Shown piece by piece: positions 27,447-38,244 of a DNA stretch of 54,784 nucleotides (within the stretch, counting starts at the first letter, position 1; each line of letters opens with the position of its first letter). The DNA is from Gemmatimonadota bacterium. Its GTDB lineage: Bacteria > Gemmatimonadota > Gemmatimonadetes > Gemmatimonadales > GWC2-71-9. The notes beneath the pieces are model-generated. The model was not told the DNA's origin. It did no database searches and saw only the letters and a list, made by a program, of their open reading frames with translations. The DNA lies in contig JBDHAB010000040.1 in assembly GCA_039588295.1 (NCBI GenBank), forward strand, positions 1 to 54,784, written 5' to 3'. The position numbers were made by a program, and so were the translations under genes.

Positions 27447-28415
27447 TCAGGACGTGGCGGGTGCGCCTCTGGGGGCGATGGCTTTCGCGCCTCTGACATC
27501 CTCGCCCGGCCACCGTCGTTCGATGACCCGCAGCAGCGGCGAGGCGATGAAGATCGACGAGAACGTTCCCGTGATGATGCCGAACGTCATCACCCATGCA
27601 AACGGCCGGATGACGCTTCCTCCCAGGAACAACAAGGCCAGCGTGGCGGCAAGGGTGGTCCCTGAAGTGAGCACGGTGCGTGGCAGGGTCTCGTTGATGC
27701 TGCGATTGAGAATTTCGTTGATGTCCTGTCGCTTGTACTTCTTGAGGTTCTCGCGCACGCGGTCGAAGGTGACAATCGTGTCGTTCAGGGAGTATCCCAC
27801 GATCGTCAGCAGCGCGGCTACGACCACCAGGGACACTTCGAGGTTCAAATAGGACACAAAGGCCATGGTGCTGATGATGTCGTGGACGGTGGCCGCCACG
27901 GCCGCGAGACCGAAGCGCCACTCGTAGCGAAACCACAGCACGAGGAAGATCGCCCCAAATGCCATGAGTAGTGCCGACACGGTGCGCTGACGCAGCTCGG
28001 CGCCGACCTTCGGGCCGACGGCCTCCGTGCGCGCAATCTCAAACGCCTCCGCGCCAAACGCGTCGCGCAGGGCTGCCTCGACCGCCCGGGCTGTTTCCTG
28101 GGTCGTCTCCTCGGTGACATCGGCGCGCGGATCGAGTCGAGCACGGATCACGAACTCGTTTGGAGCGCCGAACGTCTGAATCTCCGCTCCTTGAATCCCC
28201 TGCGACCCGAGTGCCGAGCGGATGGAGCTGGTTCGGACCGCGTCATCGACGGCGTGGATCTGAATCAGGGTTCCGCCGGTGAATTCGATACTGGTATTGA
28301 GTCCGCGAATCGCGAGCAGGATGAGTCCCGGAATCGCGAAGGTCGCGGTGATCGCGGCCGCGGTTCTCCAAACCCTGAGAAAGTCGTAACGCGCGCTATC
28401 AAACAGCCGAAGCAT
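27447..28415 (-). CDS. secF: Protein translocase subunit SecF
   Basis: EFTGG, VGPKVG, GYSLNDTIVTFDRVRE motifs. Confidence 0.96.
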   Translation of the reverse strand: MLRLFDSARYDFLRVWRTAAAITATFAIPGLILLAIRGLNTSIEFTGGTLIQIHAVDDAVRTSSIRSALGSQGIQGAEIQTFGAPNEFVIRARLDPRADVTEETTQETARAVEAALRDAFGAEAFEIARTEAVGPKVGAELRQRTVSALLMAFGAIFLVLWFRYEWRFGLAAVAATVHDIISTMAFVSYLNLEVSLVVVAALLTIVGYSLNDTIVTFDRVRENLKKYKRQDINEILNRSINETLPRTVLTSGTTLAATLALLFLGGSVIRPFAWVMTFGIITGTFSSIFIASPLLRVIERRWPGEDVRGAKAIAPRGAPATS

Positions 28416-30064
28416 TAGATCGACAGCTCCTTCGTCACGGACCGCTGATGCAGCCAGACGAGGAAGAAGGTCTTCGTGACGAACACGGCCGTAACGAGCG
28501 AGGCGATAATGCCGACGATCAGCGTGATGGCGAACCCCTTGACCGGTCCGGTCCCGAACTGAAAGAGGAACGCGGCCGTGATCACCGTGGTGACGTTCGC
28601 ATCGATGATGGCCGGCATGGCGTGTTGAAAGCCCCCGTCCACGGCAAGCCGCGGCGTCTTGCTGAGCTTGAGCTCTTCTCGAATCCGCTCGAAGATCAGC
28701 ACATTCGCATCCACCGCGATCCCGAGCGTGAGGACGAAGCCCGCGAGTCCGGGGAGCGTGAGGGTCGCACCGAAGCTCGCGAGCCCACCGAGGGTGAAGA
28801 GGATGTAGAATACCAGCGCCAGGATCGCGAGGATGCCCGCGAACCGATAGTAAAACGCCATGAGGAGGACGACGAAGACCGCCGCCAGCATGGCAGCACG
28901 CTGGCCTTGGCGGATTGAATCGCGGCCGAGACTCGGGCCGACGGTCCGCTCCTCCACGATCTCGAGGGGTGCCGGAAGCGCGCCTGCACGCAAGACCAAC
29001 GCGAGGTCCTGCGCCTCCTGCAGATCGGCCGTCCCCAATTCGATCTGTCCGTTACGCCCGATCTCCGACCGAATGACGGGTGGCTGGCGGAACACCCGTC
29101 GATCGAGGATGATCGCCATGTAGTCGTTCACGTGCTGACGGGTCTCGTCGCGGAACCGCCGCCCCCCGGAGCGCGTCAACTCGAATTGTACGATCTGCTG
29201 ATTGGTGGACTGGTCGATCGTGGCCCTAGCATCCTGCATCGCCTCGCCCGTAAGGACGGAGCGTCGATCTACCGAGTAGAGTGGGCGGAAGGACCGCCCG
29301 CCCTGGGATACGGGCTCGGCCGCCCAGAGCAATTCGCGGCCGCGCGGCATGGCCCGATCCACGGCCGGCAGGCGGATGAGACTGTCCACCCTCGCAAAGT
29401 CCTCCTCCGGAACGAAGAACTCCCCGGGGATCTGCCCGTTGAACAGATAGGAACTGAGCGGACCGGCCTGATCGAGGAATCCAATCGTGTCCGTTACGGC
29501 CGTGTCGGGGGCCTGCGCTGCCGAATCGACTCCGAGGATCTGATCGAGGGTGGACGGCTGCGCCGGGATCGGGGTGTCAGGCGCCGCCTGGACCCCCGCC
29601 TCCGTGAGCGCCCGGTCGATCGCGGGGAGCGCGTCCCGGAACAGGTTCTCCATGTCGACGATCCGCCATTCGAGGAAGGCAGAGCGTTCCACGATCGCCT
29701 TGGCCCGTGCTGGATCCGTGATGCCAGCGAGCTCAACGACGATCCGCTGGTCACCGACCTTCTGAATCAGCGGCTCGGCGACGCCGAATTCGTCGACCCG
29801 GGACCGGATGACCGTAAGAGCCCGGTCCAGCGCGTCGGCGGGATTGGCGACAGGGCCCATGCTCTGATCCAACTCGAGCGCGAGATGGATACCGCCGAGC
29901 AGGTCGAGTCCCCGCTTGAGCGGGACGCGCTTGACGGTTGCGTCACGCATCGCGCCGTCGGGTCCTCGTTCCCGAATGGTGATCTCCCGAGGGATGAGCG
30001 AAATGACGCTCACCGCTACGAGGATCGCGATCACAATGAGACGACTACGTATGGTCGTGAACAT
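28415..30064 (-). CDS. secD: Protein translocase subunit SecD
   Basis: GLDLLGG, VGPSLG, AVDANVLIFERIRE motifs. Confidence 0.96.
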   Translation of the reverse strand: MFTTIRSRLIVIAILVAVSVISLIPREITIRERGPDGAMRDATVKRVPLKRGLDLLGGIHLALELDQSMGPVANPADALDRALTVIRSRVDEFGVAEPLIQKVGDQRIVVELAGITDPARAKAIVERSAFLEWRIVDMENLFRDALPAIDRALTEAGVQAAPDTPIPAQPSTLDQILGVDSAAQAPDTAVTDTIGFLDQAGPLSSYLFNGQIPGEFFVPEEDFARVDSLIRLPAVDRAMPRGRELLWAAEPVSQGGRSFRPLYSVDRRSVLTGEAMQDARATIDQSTNQQIVQFELTRSGGRRFRDETRQHVNDYMAIILDRRVFRQPPVIRSEIGRNGQIELGTADLQEAQDLALVLRAGALPAPLEIVEERTVGPSLGRDSIRQGQRAAMLAAVFVVLLMAFYYRFAGILAILALVFYILFTLGGLASFGATLTLPGLAGFVLTLGIAVDANVLIFERIREELKLSKTPRLAVDGGFQHAMPAIIDANVTTVITAAFLFQFGTGPVKGFAITLIVGIIASLVTAVFVTKTFFLVWLHQRSVTKELSI

Positions 30065-30087
30065 GTCGTAAGCAGAAAGAGAAGGCG

Positions 30088-31014
30088 TTAATGTCTACTG
30101 AGGCCGCGCCATCGTGTCAACGCGGCGCGAGCGGCCGCGAGGTCCTTGTCGAGCTGCCGCTTGAGCGAGCCCGAATCGGGGAACCGCACCACGTCACGCA
30201 GCCGCTCGATCCAAGACAGCTTGATCTGTTCTCCATAGAGCTGCACGTGCACATCGAATACGTGAGCCTCGATGCTCCGAGCCGTCTCTCCAAACGTGGG
30301 TCGCGGGCCCTGATGCATCATTCCGCCGGCACCGCCCCCGGACCACTCGACCCACACGGCGTAGACCCCGTCGGGGGGAAGCAGCTTGCGTGCGTCGGGG
30401 AGGGCTACGTTGACCGTCGGGTACCCGAGGTGGCGGCCACGCGTGGCGCCTCGGATGACCGGGCCGGTGAGCGAGTACGGTCGGCCCAGCAGCGCCGTCG
30501 CCGTCTCGAGATCTCCACCGGCGACCGCGCGGCGCACGAGCGTGGAGGACACCGGACGACCCTCTCGGTCGACCTCGTCCACGACGTCCACCGCGAATCC
30601 GAACTGAGACCCGAGTTGCTGAAGCAGTGCCTCGTCGCCAGCCCGCTCTCGCCCGAACCCGTGATCGTGTCCGATGACCAGCTCCCGCATGTGAAACCGC
30701 TCGATCAGCAGGCGGACGAAGGCCTCCGGCGGGTACTGCGAGAGCTCGCGCGTGAACGCCATGAAGACGGCCACATCTAATTCGCACTGTGCGAGGAACT
30801 CGCGCCGTTCCTGGGCCAACGTCAAAAGCGGGGGCGCGGCGGGCGGGTTGACGATCTCCATGGGATGAGGGTCGAATGTGACGAGGAGGCTTCGCCGGCC
30901 ACCCCGCTCCGCACGGATCGCAATCTCCTGCAGCACCCGGCGATGGCCGAGGTGGACGCCATCGAACGTCCCAACGGTGACCACCGTGCCGCGGCCGTCT
31001 TTGGGAAGCGCCAT
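30088..31014 (-). CDS. ribF: Bifunctional riboflavin kinase/FAD synthetase
   Basis: GTFDGVHLGH, VSSTLVR, LGYPTVN and EAH motifs. Confidence 0.95.
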   Translation of the reverse strand: MALPKDGRGTVVTVGTFDGVHLGHRRVLQEIAIRAERGGRRSLLVTFDPHPMEIVNPPAAPPLLTLAQERREFLAQCELDVAVFMAFTRELSQYPPEAFVRLLIERFHMRELVIGHDHGFGRERAGDEALLQQLGSQFGFAVDVVDEVDREGRPVSSTLVRRAVAGGDLETATALLGRPYSLTGPVIRGATRGRHLGYPTVNVALPDARKLLPPDGVYAVWVEWSGGGAGGMMHQGPRPTFGETARSIEAHVFDVHVQLYGEQIKLSWIERLRDVVRFPDSGSLKRQLDKDLAAARAALTRWRGLSRH

Positions 31015-31019
31015 GGGTC

Positions 31020-31880
31020 TCAGTTGCCGACCAGCACGACCCGCGGCTTGAGCCATGCGCCGCTCGGCTCGGCAACCGCGATCAACTGGTGATCGGACAC
31101 CAAGGCCACCGGACCGGTGGACGCACCCTCCGCCGGAATAGGTCGGCCACTCCGAACCGCCTCTCGCGCCTCGGGTGAGAGCTCGATCGTCGGGAGATGG
31201 GCAATCGCCCTGTGGAGCGGCAAGAGTGTCGGGAAGCCGCGATCCAGCGCCGATACTGGCAAGGCCTCGTCGACGCCAAACGACCCAACGGCGATCCGGC
31301 GGAGCTCTTCCAAGTGGGCACCGCACCCGAGTGACTCGCCGAGATCCCGAGCGAGGGCTCGAATGTACGTCCCGCTGCTCACCGTTGCCCGGAACCGGAC
31401 GGCTGGACCATCGCGGCCGGTCACCTGAAGCTCGGCAACCTCGACCTCTTGTGGTGTGAGCTCCACGGGTTCCCCGCGTCGGGCTCGGCGATGCGCCCGC
31501 TCGCCGCGCGTCTTCTTGGCCGAGTAGTCGGGCGGCCGTTGCCGTTGCCGGCCGGTGAGCGCCGCCATCTGGGTAGCGAGGGCCCCGGAGGAGACGGTCG
31601 ACCACCCGTCGTCGGTCGCGATCACCGCGCCCGATCGATCGTCCGTATCCGTAGTGACCCCCAACCTGATGAGGCCCGTGTAGCGTTTCGGAAGCGCCGC
31701 CACGAAGCGCGCGAGCCGCGTTGCCCGTCCCACGAGCACAATGATGAGCCCGGTCGCAAAGGGATCGAGCGTGCCGGCGTGACCGACCCGGCGAACCCCA
31801 TAGGTGCGGCGCACCATGTCCACGACATCGTGCGAAGTGGGACCCGAGGGCTTGTCGATCAACAGGAATCCGTCGCTCAG
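31020..31880 (-). CDS. truB: tRNA pseudouridine(55) synthase (probable CTG start)
   Basis: DKP.GPTSHDVV, GHAGTLDPFATG and GTYIR motifs. Confidence 0.95.
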   Translation of the reverse strand: MSDGFLLIDKPSGPTSHDVVDMVRRTYGVRRVGHAGTLDPFATGLIIVLVGRATRLARFVAALPKRYTGLIRLGVTTDTDDRSGAVIATDDGWSTVSSGALATQMAALTGRQRQRPPDYSAKKTRGERAHRRARRGEPVELTPQEVEVAELQVTGRDGPAVRFRATVSSGTYIRALARDLGESLGCGAHLEELRRIAVGSFGVDEALPVSALDRGFPTLLPLHRAIAHLPTIELSPEAREAVRSGRPIPAEGASTGPVALVSDHQLIAVAEPSGAWLKPRVVLVGN

Positions 31881-32242
31881 GATTCCTCTTCTCCCGCGGA
31901 CAAGTGATCGAGAATCTCGTTAATCCGTTGGGCGTGCTCGAGGCCGCGATCGAGCACGAAGTGGATCTCGGGGGCCACCTTCAGGCTGAGCACGCGGGAT
32001 AGCTGGGTGCGCAAGAATCCCTTTGCGCTCGCGAGTCCCTGCATGGCCTGCGCTTTCTCGTCCTCGTCCCCCAACACGCTGACGCGAACGTGGGCATGCG
32101 TGCAGTCGGGCGAAACGGTAACACCCGTGACCGTGACAAAGCCGATTCTGGGATCCCTGACCTCTCCTGACAGGATCTCGGCCAGGGTCTCGTGGACGAG
32201 GGTGGCGACGCGCTCGGGTCGGTGGCCGCGTGCCGGGCTCAT
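31877..32242 (-). CDS. rbfA: Ribosome-binding factor A
   Basis: RPERVA, DPRIGFVTVT and PEIHF motifs. Canonical position after infB. Confidence 0.95.
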   Translation of the reverse strand: MSPARGHRPERVATLVHETLAEILSGEVRDPRIGFVTVTGVTVSPDCTHAHVRVSVLGDEDEKAQAMQGLASAKGFLRTQLSRVLSLKVAPEIHFVLDRGLEHAQRINEILDHLSAGEEES

Positions 32243-32520
32243 AGGTACGAGATCGAGGAATCGATGATGCGGACGTGTCCGTTCTCGCCCACGAACCGAT
32301 CGGCCGCGCTGAGGACCTCGGCGGCGTGCTGCCGCTCGCGTGCCACGACGCCGCACGACAGCTCGGCGCGCTGCCACCGGTCATGGTGATCCGTCTCGGC
32401 TACCGAAACGTTGAACCGATGGTGCAGCCGATCCTTGATACTCTTCAAGACGCGTCGCTTGTCCTTGAGAGACTGGCAACCATTCAGGTGCAGCTCCCAA
32501 ACGGCAATACCGACCACCAC
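32239..32520 (-). CDS. DUF503 (YlxP-like) protein
   Basis: SLKDKR and FNVSVAE motifs. Between infB and rbfA. Confidence 0.9.
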   Translation of the reverse strand: MVVGIAVWELHLNGCQSLKDKRRVLKSIKDRLHHRFNVSVAETDHHDRWQRAELSCGVVARERQHAAEVLSAADRFVGENGHVRIIDSSISYL

Positions 32521-32521
32521 G

Positions 32522-35200
32522 TCAACCGTCTTTCGCCGCTCCGGCGGATTCGAGTGAGCGGGCAATCTCCTCGATACGGTACGCTTCGAGCAGGTCGCCA
32601 ACCTTCACATCGTTGAAGTTCTCGACGCCGATCCCGCACTCGAGGCCGTCCTTGACCTCTCCGACATCGTCCTTGAACCGCCGCAGACTCGCGATGGCGC
32701 CGCTGTAGACCTCCACGCCGTCGCGAACGACCCGGATCTTCGCGGTACGACGAATCTGGCCGCTCCGCACAAAGCAACCCGCGATGGTGCCGACGCCGGA
32801 GATCTTGAACAACTGGCGAACTTCCGCCTCGCCCAACACGATCTCTCTCTGCTCGGGAGCGAGAAGCCCCTCGAGCGCGGCCCGGATGTGGTCCACCGCC
32901 TCGTAAATCACGCGGTAGGTCCGCACGTCGACCCGCTCGCGCTCGGCCATGCTGCGGGCGTTCGCGTCTGGGCGGACATGGAACCCAACCACGATCGCCT
33001 CGGATGCTTTGGCCAACAGAATGTCGCCCTCGCTGATGGCACCCACACCCCGATGGATGACCTCGACCTTGACTTCTTCACTCGACAGCTCCGCGAACGC
33101 GTCGGCGAGCGCCTCGGCGGGTCCACTCTGATCGGCCTTGATGATGATCCTGAGTGCCTGCACGACACCCTCGTCGATCCGCTGGGACAGCTCTTCCAGA
33201 GACATCCCGCGTTGACTGCGTCGATGGGACGCCTCGCGGTCGAGGCGTTGCCGTCGTTGCGCAATGTCCCGTGCGTCCGCGGCTTCCGAAACGACGTGGA
33301 ACGTGTCCCCTGCCTGCGGCACACCGTCGAAGCCGAGTATCTGGACCGGAATCGAGGGACCGGCCGTCGTAACCCGCCCGCCGCGCTCGTCCAGCAGCGC
33401 ACGGACACGCCCCGCGAGGTTACCGCAGATGAAGTCCTGCCCCACCTCGAGGGTTCCGTTCTCGACGAGCACCGTCGCAACCGGACCCTTGCCGGGGTCC
33501 AGCGTGCTCTCGATGACGGTTCCCCGGGCCGCCCGCTGGGGGTTCGCCTGCTTATCCAGCAGCTCGGCCTGCAGCAGGATTTTTTCGAGCAGCTCCTCCA
33601 TGCCCTGCCCCGCCTTGGCCGAGATCGGCTGCGCCATGGTGTCGCCGCCGAACTCCTCGAGCACCACGCCGTTCGTCAGCAGGTCTTGCTTCACCTTCTC
33701 CACGTCGGCTGTGGGCAAGTCGATCTTGTTAATGGCTACGACGAGTGGCACACCGGCGTTCTTGGCGTGGCTGATCGCCTCGACGGTCTGCGGCATGACC
33801 TGATCATCCGCTGCGACCACCAGCACAACGAGATCGGTGACCTGTGCGCCACGCGCGCGCATTGCGGTGAACGCTTCGTGTCCCGGCGTATCGAGGAAGG
33901 TGATGCCCTGCTGGCTGGGGAGCGTGACGTGATACGCACCGATGTGCTGTGTGATCCCTCCCGACTCTCCCGCAATGACGTTGGTCTTGCGGACGTAGTC
34001 GAGCAGCGAAGTCTTGCCGTGGTCCACGTGCCCCATCACGGTGACGACGGGTGGGCGACGCTGCAGATCTTCGGCCTGATCCTCCGCCTCGTGGAGGATG
34101 GTCTCGGCCGGAACATACTCCTCTTCTCGCTGCGCCTTGAATCCGAACGCCCCTGCAATCAAGTCAATTTGATCGAAATCCAGTCGTTGGTTCACCGTAA
34201 CCATCATGCTCAGCTCTTTGAAGCAGAAGGTCACGATATCGGTCGGCGTCAACGACAGCACTTCGGCAAGCTCGGACACGGTGATGAATTCGTTCACGCG
34301 CACCACGGTCTTCTCGCGCTCCTGCTCCTCGACGCGCCGCTGTTCCGCGAGTTCTCTCGCGCTCGGCTCGTCCTCGCGGCGGCGCGCGCTCTTCTTGCCG
34401 CCAGGTCCCTTGATGGACGCTAGCGTTCGGCTGATGTTCGCCTGCACGGCTTGCTTGTCGACCTGGGAGCGCTTGCCCTTGCGTCTGCGCTTCTTGTCTC
34501 GCCGGCGCTCTTCGGCAATCTCGCCCGGCGCCGCCGACGCGACTGGTCGAGGACCAGACGGGGCTGCCGGTCGCGTACGGGGTGGCGGTGGAGCCGTGCG
34601 TTCCACCCGGAGGGGCTTGAAGGGTGCGGTTGGCGGCTCGCGATCAATCACTGGAGGCTCGACGTCGGAGACCGCCGGTGCTTCAGCCACGTCGGGTGGC
34701 TCTGCGGCCACTGGTTCGCCGGACGACGCGTCAACGGCGATTGCCGTTTCCTCCCCGACCTGCGGTTCGTCCTTGAAGAGGGCTGCTGCACGCTCTTCCA
34801 TGGAGGGCTTCTCCACCGCCGACAGATCGAGCCCGGCGTCCACCGTCTCTGGTGCCTCCGCGACGGCCTGTCGCTCCGCCTCGTCGGCCTCTGCGGCGGC
34901 GCGCGAGGCGACCTCGGCTGCCGTCCGGCGCCGACGTTTCAGTCGCGCCTTGGGTTGCGGCGCCTCGACTGCGGGGGCCTCCGCCTTCTTGCGGCGGCGC
35001 GTCCGGCTCTTCGTGGCGGGCCCCGCCTTGCTGCGGCGCTTCTCACGCTCCCAGCGGGTCCGGACGCGAGCGACTTGCCCCTCATCCAATCCAGAGAGGT
35101 GGCTGCGGACGTGGATGTCCATGTCGGCGAGCAACTCAATGAGTCGCGCGCTCTCCATGCCAAATTCCGCGGCGAGGTCGTGAATCCGCGTTTTGCCCAC
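32522..35200 (-). CDS. infB: Translation initiation factor IF-2
   Basis: [27 protein letters not shown] and NKID motifs. Confidence 0.98.
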   Translation of the reverse strand: MGKTRIHDLAAEFGMESARLIELLADMDIHVRSHLSGLDEGQVARVRTRWEREKRRSKAGPATKSRTRRRKKAEAPAVEAPQPKARLKRRRRTAAEVASRAAAEADEAERQAVAEAPETVDAGLDLSAVEKPSMEERAAALFKDEPQVGEETAIAVDASSGEPVAAEPPDVAEAPAVSDVEPPVIDREPPTAPFKPLRVERTAPPPPRTRPAAPSGPRPVASAAPGEIAEERRRDKKRRRKGKRSQVDKQAVQANISRTLASIKGPGGKKSARRREDEPSARELAEQRRVEEQEREKTVVRVNEFITVSELAEVLSLTPTDIVTFCFKELSMMVTVNQRLDFDQIDLIAGAFGFKAQREEEYVPAETILHEAEDQAEDLQRRPPVVTVMGHVDHGKTSLLDYVRKTNVIAGESGGITQHIGAYHVTLPSQQGITFLDTPGHEAFTAMRARGAQVTDLVVLVVAADDQVMPQTVEAISHAKNAGVPLVVAINKIDLPTADVEKVKQDLLTNGVVLEEFGGDTMAQPISAKAGQGMEELLEKILLQAELLDKQANPQRAARGTVIESTLDPGKGPVATVLVENGTLEVGQDFICGNLAGRVRALLDERGGRVTTAGPSIPVQILGFDGVPQAGDTFHVVSEAADARDIAQRRQRLDREASHRRSQRGMSLEELSQRIDEGVVQALRIIIKADQSGPAEALADAFAELSSEEVKVEVIHRGVGAISEGDILLAKASEAIVVGFHVRPDANARSMAERERVDVRTYRVIYEAVDHIRAALEGLLAPEQREIVLGEAEVRQLFKISGVGTIAGCFVRSGQIRRTAKIRVVRDGVEVYSGAIASLRRFKDDVGEVKDGLECGIGVENFNDVKVGDLLEAYRIEEIARSLESAGAAKDG

Positions 35201-35520
35201 TACTGCCTCCTGGATTTCACCGACGCACTGTCGATGATGCCGGCGGCGAGGCTGGCGTCAGCCACACCGACCGCCTGTACGCTGTGCCTCCCGACGCGAT
35301 GGCCGAGCCGGTCGGCGCGCGGGCCCACGAGCGTCGGAACCTGCCGCGCCCGCGCGAGGCGGAGCACCTTCTCTTCGGTGCGCGCCCCATGATCGGATGC
35401 GACGACGACGAGCTTCGTCTGCCCGCGCTGAATCTGTGCTCGGACCCCGCTCGTGCCCAGCACGACCGTTCCGGCGCGGACCCCGAGACCGAGCATTCCG
35501 AGCGAGGCCTCGCTCATCAC
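35200..35520 (-). CDS. L7Ae/YlxQ-like RNA-binding protein
   Basis: LGL..RAG.VVLG and LVVVASD motifs. Between nusA and infB. Confidence 0.85.
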   Translation of the reverse strand: MMSEASLGMLGLGVRAGTVVLGTSGVRAQIQRGQTKLVVVASDHGARTEEKVLRLARARQVPTLVGPRADRLGHRVGRHSVQAVGVADASLAAGIIDSASVKSRRQ

Positions 35521-36881
35521 GCCGACGACGGCTCCTCCGGGGGTGCATCCTGACCAGTCACCTCGGCCGATTCCTGCGCGGGCTCGGTGTTCTCTTCGGT
35601 CAGTTCCGTCAGAAACGCCATGAGCGAATCCGCCTGGTCAGCCGTGATTCCCTCGACCTTCAACACATCATCGCGCTCGAGATCCAGAATGTCGCGCAGG
35701 GTTCGCATGCCGGTCGCTTCGAGCGTCGTGACCAGATCCGCAGGCAGTCCTTTCAGCTCGTTCAGCTGCACGTCCACGACGAACTCATCCTCCGGTGGCA
35801 GCGGAGCAAACAGCGGTCCCTCGCCCCCGCGTTCCAGCCATTCCCGGCTCGAGTACAGATCGATCTTCCACCCAGTGAGCTCCGACGCCAGCCGAACGTT
35901 CTGACCGTTCCGGCCGATGGCGAGCGAGAGCTGGTCCTCGTCGACGATCGCCTGAATCGTCTTCGTGTCCGGATCGGAAAACACCCGGGACACCCGCGCC
36001 GGCGCCAGGGCCAGCTTGGCAAACCGCTCTGGGTCGGGTGACCACGGTACAATGTCGATCCGCTCGCCACCCAGCTCATTCACCACCGCCTGGACACGAC
36101 TGCCCTTCATGCCAACGCAGGCCCCGACCGGATCGATCGCGTCATCGCGGCTCGAGACGGCCACCTTCGTGCGGCTCCCCACCTCGCGGGCCGCCTCGCG
36201 AATCTCCACGATCCCCTGTTGGATCTCCGGAACTTCGAGTTGAAACAGAGCCTGGACAAACAGCGGATCGCCGCGGGACAAGATGAGCCGGGGACCCTTG
36301 GGCGTTTCCTCCAGCCGCTTGAGCACGGCGCGGATGGCATCACCCTGGTGAAAGTGTTCGCGCGGATTCTGCTCCCGATAGGGAATCAGCGCTTCAGCCT
36401 CGCGGAACTGATTCAACATGATGACGAGCCGCCCGCGCTCGATCTGTTGGACCTCACCCGAGACCAGCTCACCAACCCGATGACCGAATTCTTCTCGGAT
36501 GCGGGTACGCTCTCCTTCACGAACCCGCTGTATGATCCGTTGCTTCGCCGCCTGCACGGCCAACCGTCCGAACGCCTCGAAGGGAACTTCCTCCTCCAGC
36601 ACGTCGCCGACCTGGAACTCGGGATCCTCCCAGCGCGCTTCCTCGAGCACGATCTGCGAGCCGGGATCCTCGACCTCCTCGACGACGCTCTTCAGCGCAA
36701 CGGTCCGAATCGTGCCCTTGAGATCGTCGATCTCGATCTCCGAACGCACATTCGGCCCGTACCGCTTGATCAGCGCCGCGTGAATGCCGTCTCGGAGCAG
36801 ATCGATCAACTCCGCCCGATCGAGCTGCTTCACATCGGCAAGTTCCCGGAGTGCTTTGAGCACCTCACTGGGACTCGTCAT
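35517..36881 (-). CDS. nusA: Transcription termination/antitermination factor NusA
   Basis: FGR.A.QAAKQ, DPVGACVG and LSLAIGRNGQNVRLA motifs. Confidence 0.98.
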   Translation of the reverse strand: MTSPSEVLKALRELADVKQLDRAELIDLLRDGIHAALIKRYGPNVRSEIEIDDLKGTIRTVALKSVVEEVEDPGSQIVLEEARWEDPEFQVGDVLEEEVPFEAFGRLAVQAAKQRIIQRVREGERTRIREEFGHRVGELVSGEVQQIERGRLVIMLNQFREAEALIPYREQNPREHFHQGDAIRAVLKRLEETPKGPRLILSRGDPLFVQALFQLEVPEIQQGIVEIREAAREVGSRTKVAVSSRDDAIDPVGACVGMKGSRVQAVVNELGGERIDIVPWSPDPERFAKLALAPARVSRVFSDPDTKTIQAIVDEDQLSLAIGRNGQNVRLASELTGWKIDLYSSREWLERGGEGPLFAPLPPEDEFVVDVQLNELKGLPADLVTTLEATGMRTLRDILDLERDDVLKVEGITADQADSLMAFLTELTEENTEPAQESAEVTGQDAPPEEPSSA

Positions 36882-36898
36882 CCAGACTCCTTATGCAC

Positions 36899-37405
36899 TC
36901 AGTGACTCGTTCGCTCCGCAGAACGCTCGACGGCTGACCAATCGACGACGAGCGTGGCCTCCTGTACGTCTTCCATCGGGACCTCGAGGGGGTCCGATCC
37001 GTCCATTGGCTGCAACACGATCACGTCAGCCTCGTCTTCCACGCGCACGATCGTTGCCGTGAAGCGGCCCCTGCCAGCCACGCGGACCCTCACGTCCCGT
37101 CCGCGATACCGAAGCCAATGCTCCCGCCAGCGCACCGGCCGCTCGATCCCCGGGGACGACACCTCCAGCACGTAGCGCGTTCCCAGGGCCTGCTCCCCGT
37201 CCAGCCACCGTTCGAGCTCGCGGCTCACAGCGGCACACTCGTCCACCGTGATGCCATGCCCTGGTGCCGCGTCCGGGTGATCAACCCGTACTTGGAGACG
37301 CACACGCGTCCCGGCGCCACGCTGCCGCATGTCGACCAGCTCGTATCCAAGCCGCGACACGCGAGATCTGAGTTCCGCGAGTAGCTGGTCCAGTCCCGGC
37401 TCCAA
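36899..37405 (-). CDS. rimP: Ribosome maturation factor RimP (TTG start chosen)
   Basis: ITVDEC..VSR and YVLEVSSPGIERP motifs. Confidence 0.93.
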   Translation of the reverse strand: MEPGLDQLLAELRSRVSRLGYELVDMRQRGAGTRVRLQVRVDHPDAAPGHGITVDECAAVSRELERWLDGEQALGTRYVLEVSSPGIERPVRWREHWLRYRGRDVRVRVAGRGRFTATIVRVEDEADVIVLQPMDGSDPLEVPMEDVQEATLVVDWSAVERSAERTSH

Positions 37406-37410
37406 ACGGC

Positions 37411-37441
37411 AAAAAAAAGCGCGGGCCGACTTCGCCCGCAC
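37411..37441 (-). terminator. rimP-nusA leader attenuator hairpin with U-tract
   Basis: GTGCGGGC-GAAGTCG-GCCCGCGC followed by T8, between the promoter and rimP. Confidence 0.75.
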
Positions 37442-37454
37442 TGCACAACGGTGT

Positions 37455-37483
37455 AATCTAGCGTCTCGCTAAGCCCGGTTCAA
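37455..37483 (-). promoter_or_regulatory. Sigma70-like promoter of the rimP-nusA-infB operon
   Basis: TTGAAC-N17-TAGATT. Confidence 0.6.
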
Positions 37484-38244
37484 GCGGCGGGGCGTCCCAA
37501 ATAGGCGACCATTCGACCCGCGGCGGCTTGCTGCCCTCGGTGGGAGTAGAACCGGCCTCCGTCGTGCGCCGTACACCACCGACTGATTGTGCCACGCCGG
37601 ACGCCGATCGCCGAGGCACGCGCCGCGAGGGCGGCCCTGAGATCCAGTGTAGCGGGCCCTGGAGCGCGATTGCCGTGCACCGCTTCCAACACCTCAGGTC
37701 CAACTTCATAGCAGTTACCGCAAATCCCTATTCCACAATGTATTACAACATCTGTTGGCTGGCATCCAGCGGCAGCGCACAGCTGCTCGACCCCGACTTC
37801 GAGGATCCGGTTCGCCACCCCGCGCCACCCCGCATGCAGCAACCCGAGGGTCCCGCTCGGCGGATGAAGCAGATACACGGGAATGCAGTCCGCAATGGTG
37901 ACCGTCAGGAGCAGGGCGGGCTGGGCCGTCACGTGGCCATCGAACCCATCTCGGATGAGCACACCGGATGGGACCTCCGGGTACGTCCCGATGGCGGTCC
38001 CATGGACTTGCCGGCTGACCACCGCCGCTCCGAAGGCCGGGCCAAGGGACTGCGCGAGTCCAAGCCAGCGGCGCAGAACGTCCCCGGTTGGGCGTTCCGA
38101 GGTCAGGGCAAAGTCCTGATTCGCCGCCCGGGCCGTCACGCCGGCGACGACTCCAAACGCTGACCGCCAGCCTGGTAGCTCGAAGTGCGTGAGCGTGCCC
38201 GAGATAGCCTGCTGCTCTTCGATCGTCTCGAACCCCTCCGTCAT
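37480..38244 (-). CDS. pgeF: YfiH/PgeF polyphenol-oxidase-like family protein
   Basis: QVHG, ADCIPV, HAGWRG and FYSHR motifs. Confidence 0.9.
   Translation of the reverse strand: MTEGFETIEEQQAISGTLTHFELPGWRSAFGVVAGVTARAANQDFALTSERPTGDVLRRWLGLAQSLGPAFGAAVVSRQVHGTAIGTYPEVPSGVLIRDGFDGHVTAQPALLLTVTIADCIPVYLLHPPSGTLGLLHAGWRGVANRILEVGVEQLCAAAGCQPTDVVIHCGIGICGNCYEVGPEVLEAVHGNRAPGPATLDLRAALAARASAIGVRRGTISRWCTAHDGGRFYSHRGQQAAAGRMVAYLGRPAA

Noticed and set aside
32888..34423. 511-aa plus-strand ORF
   Set aside because: Antisense shadow of infB.
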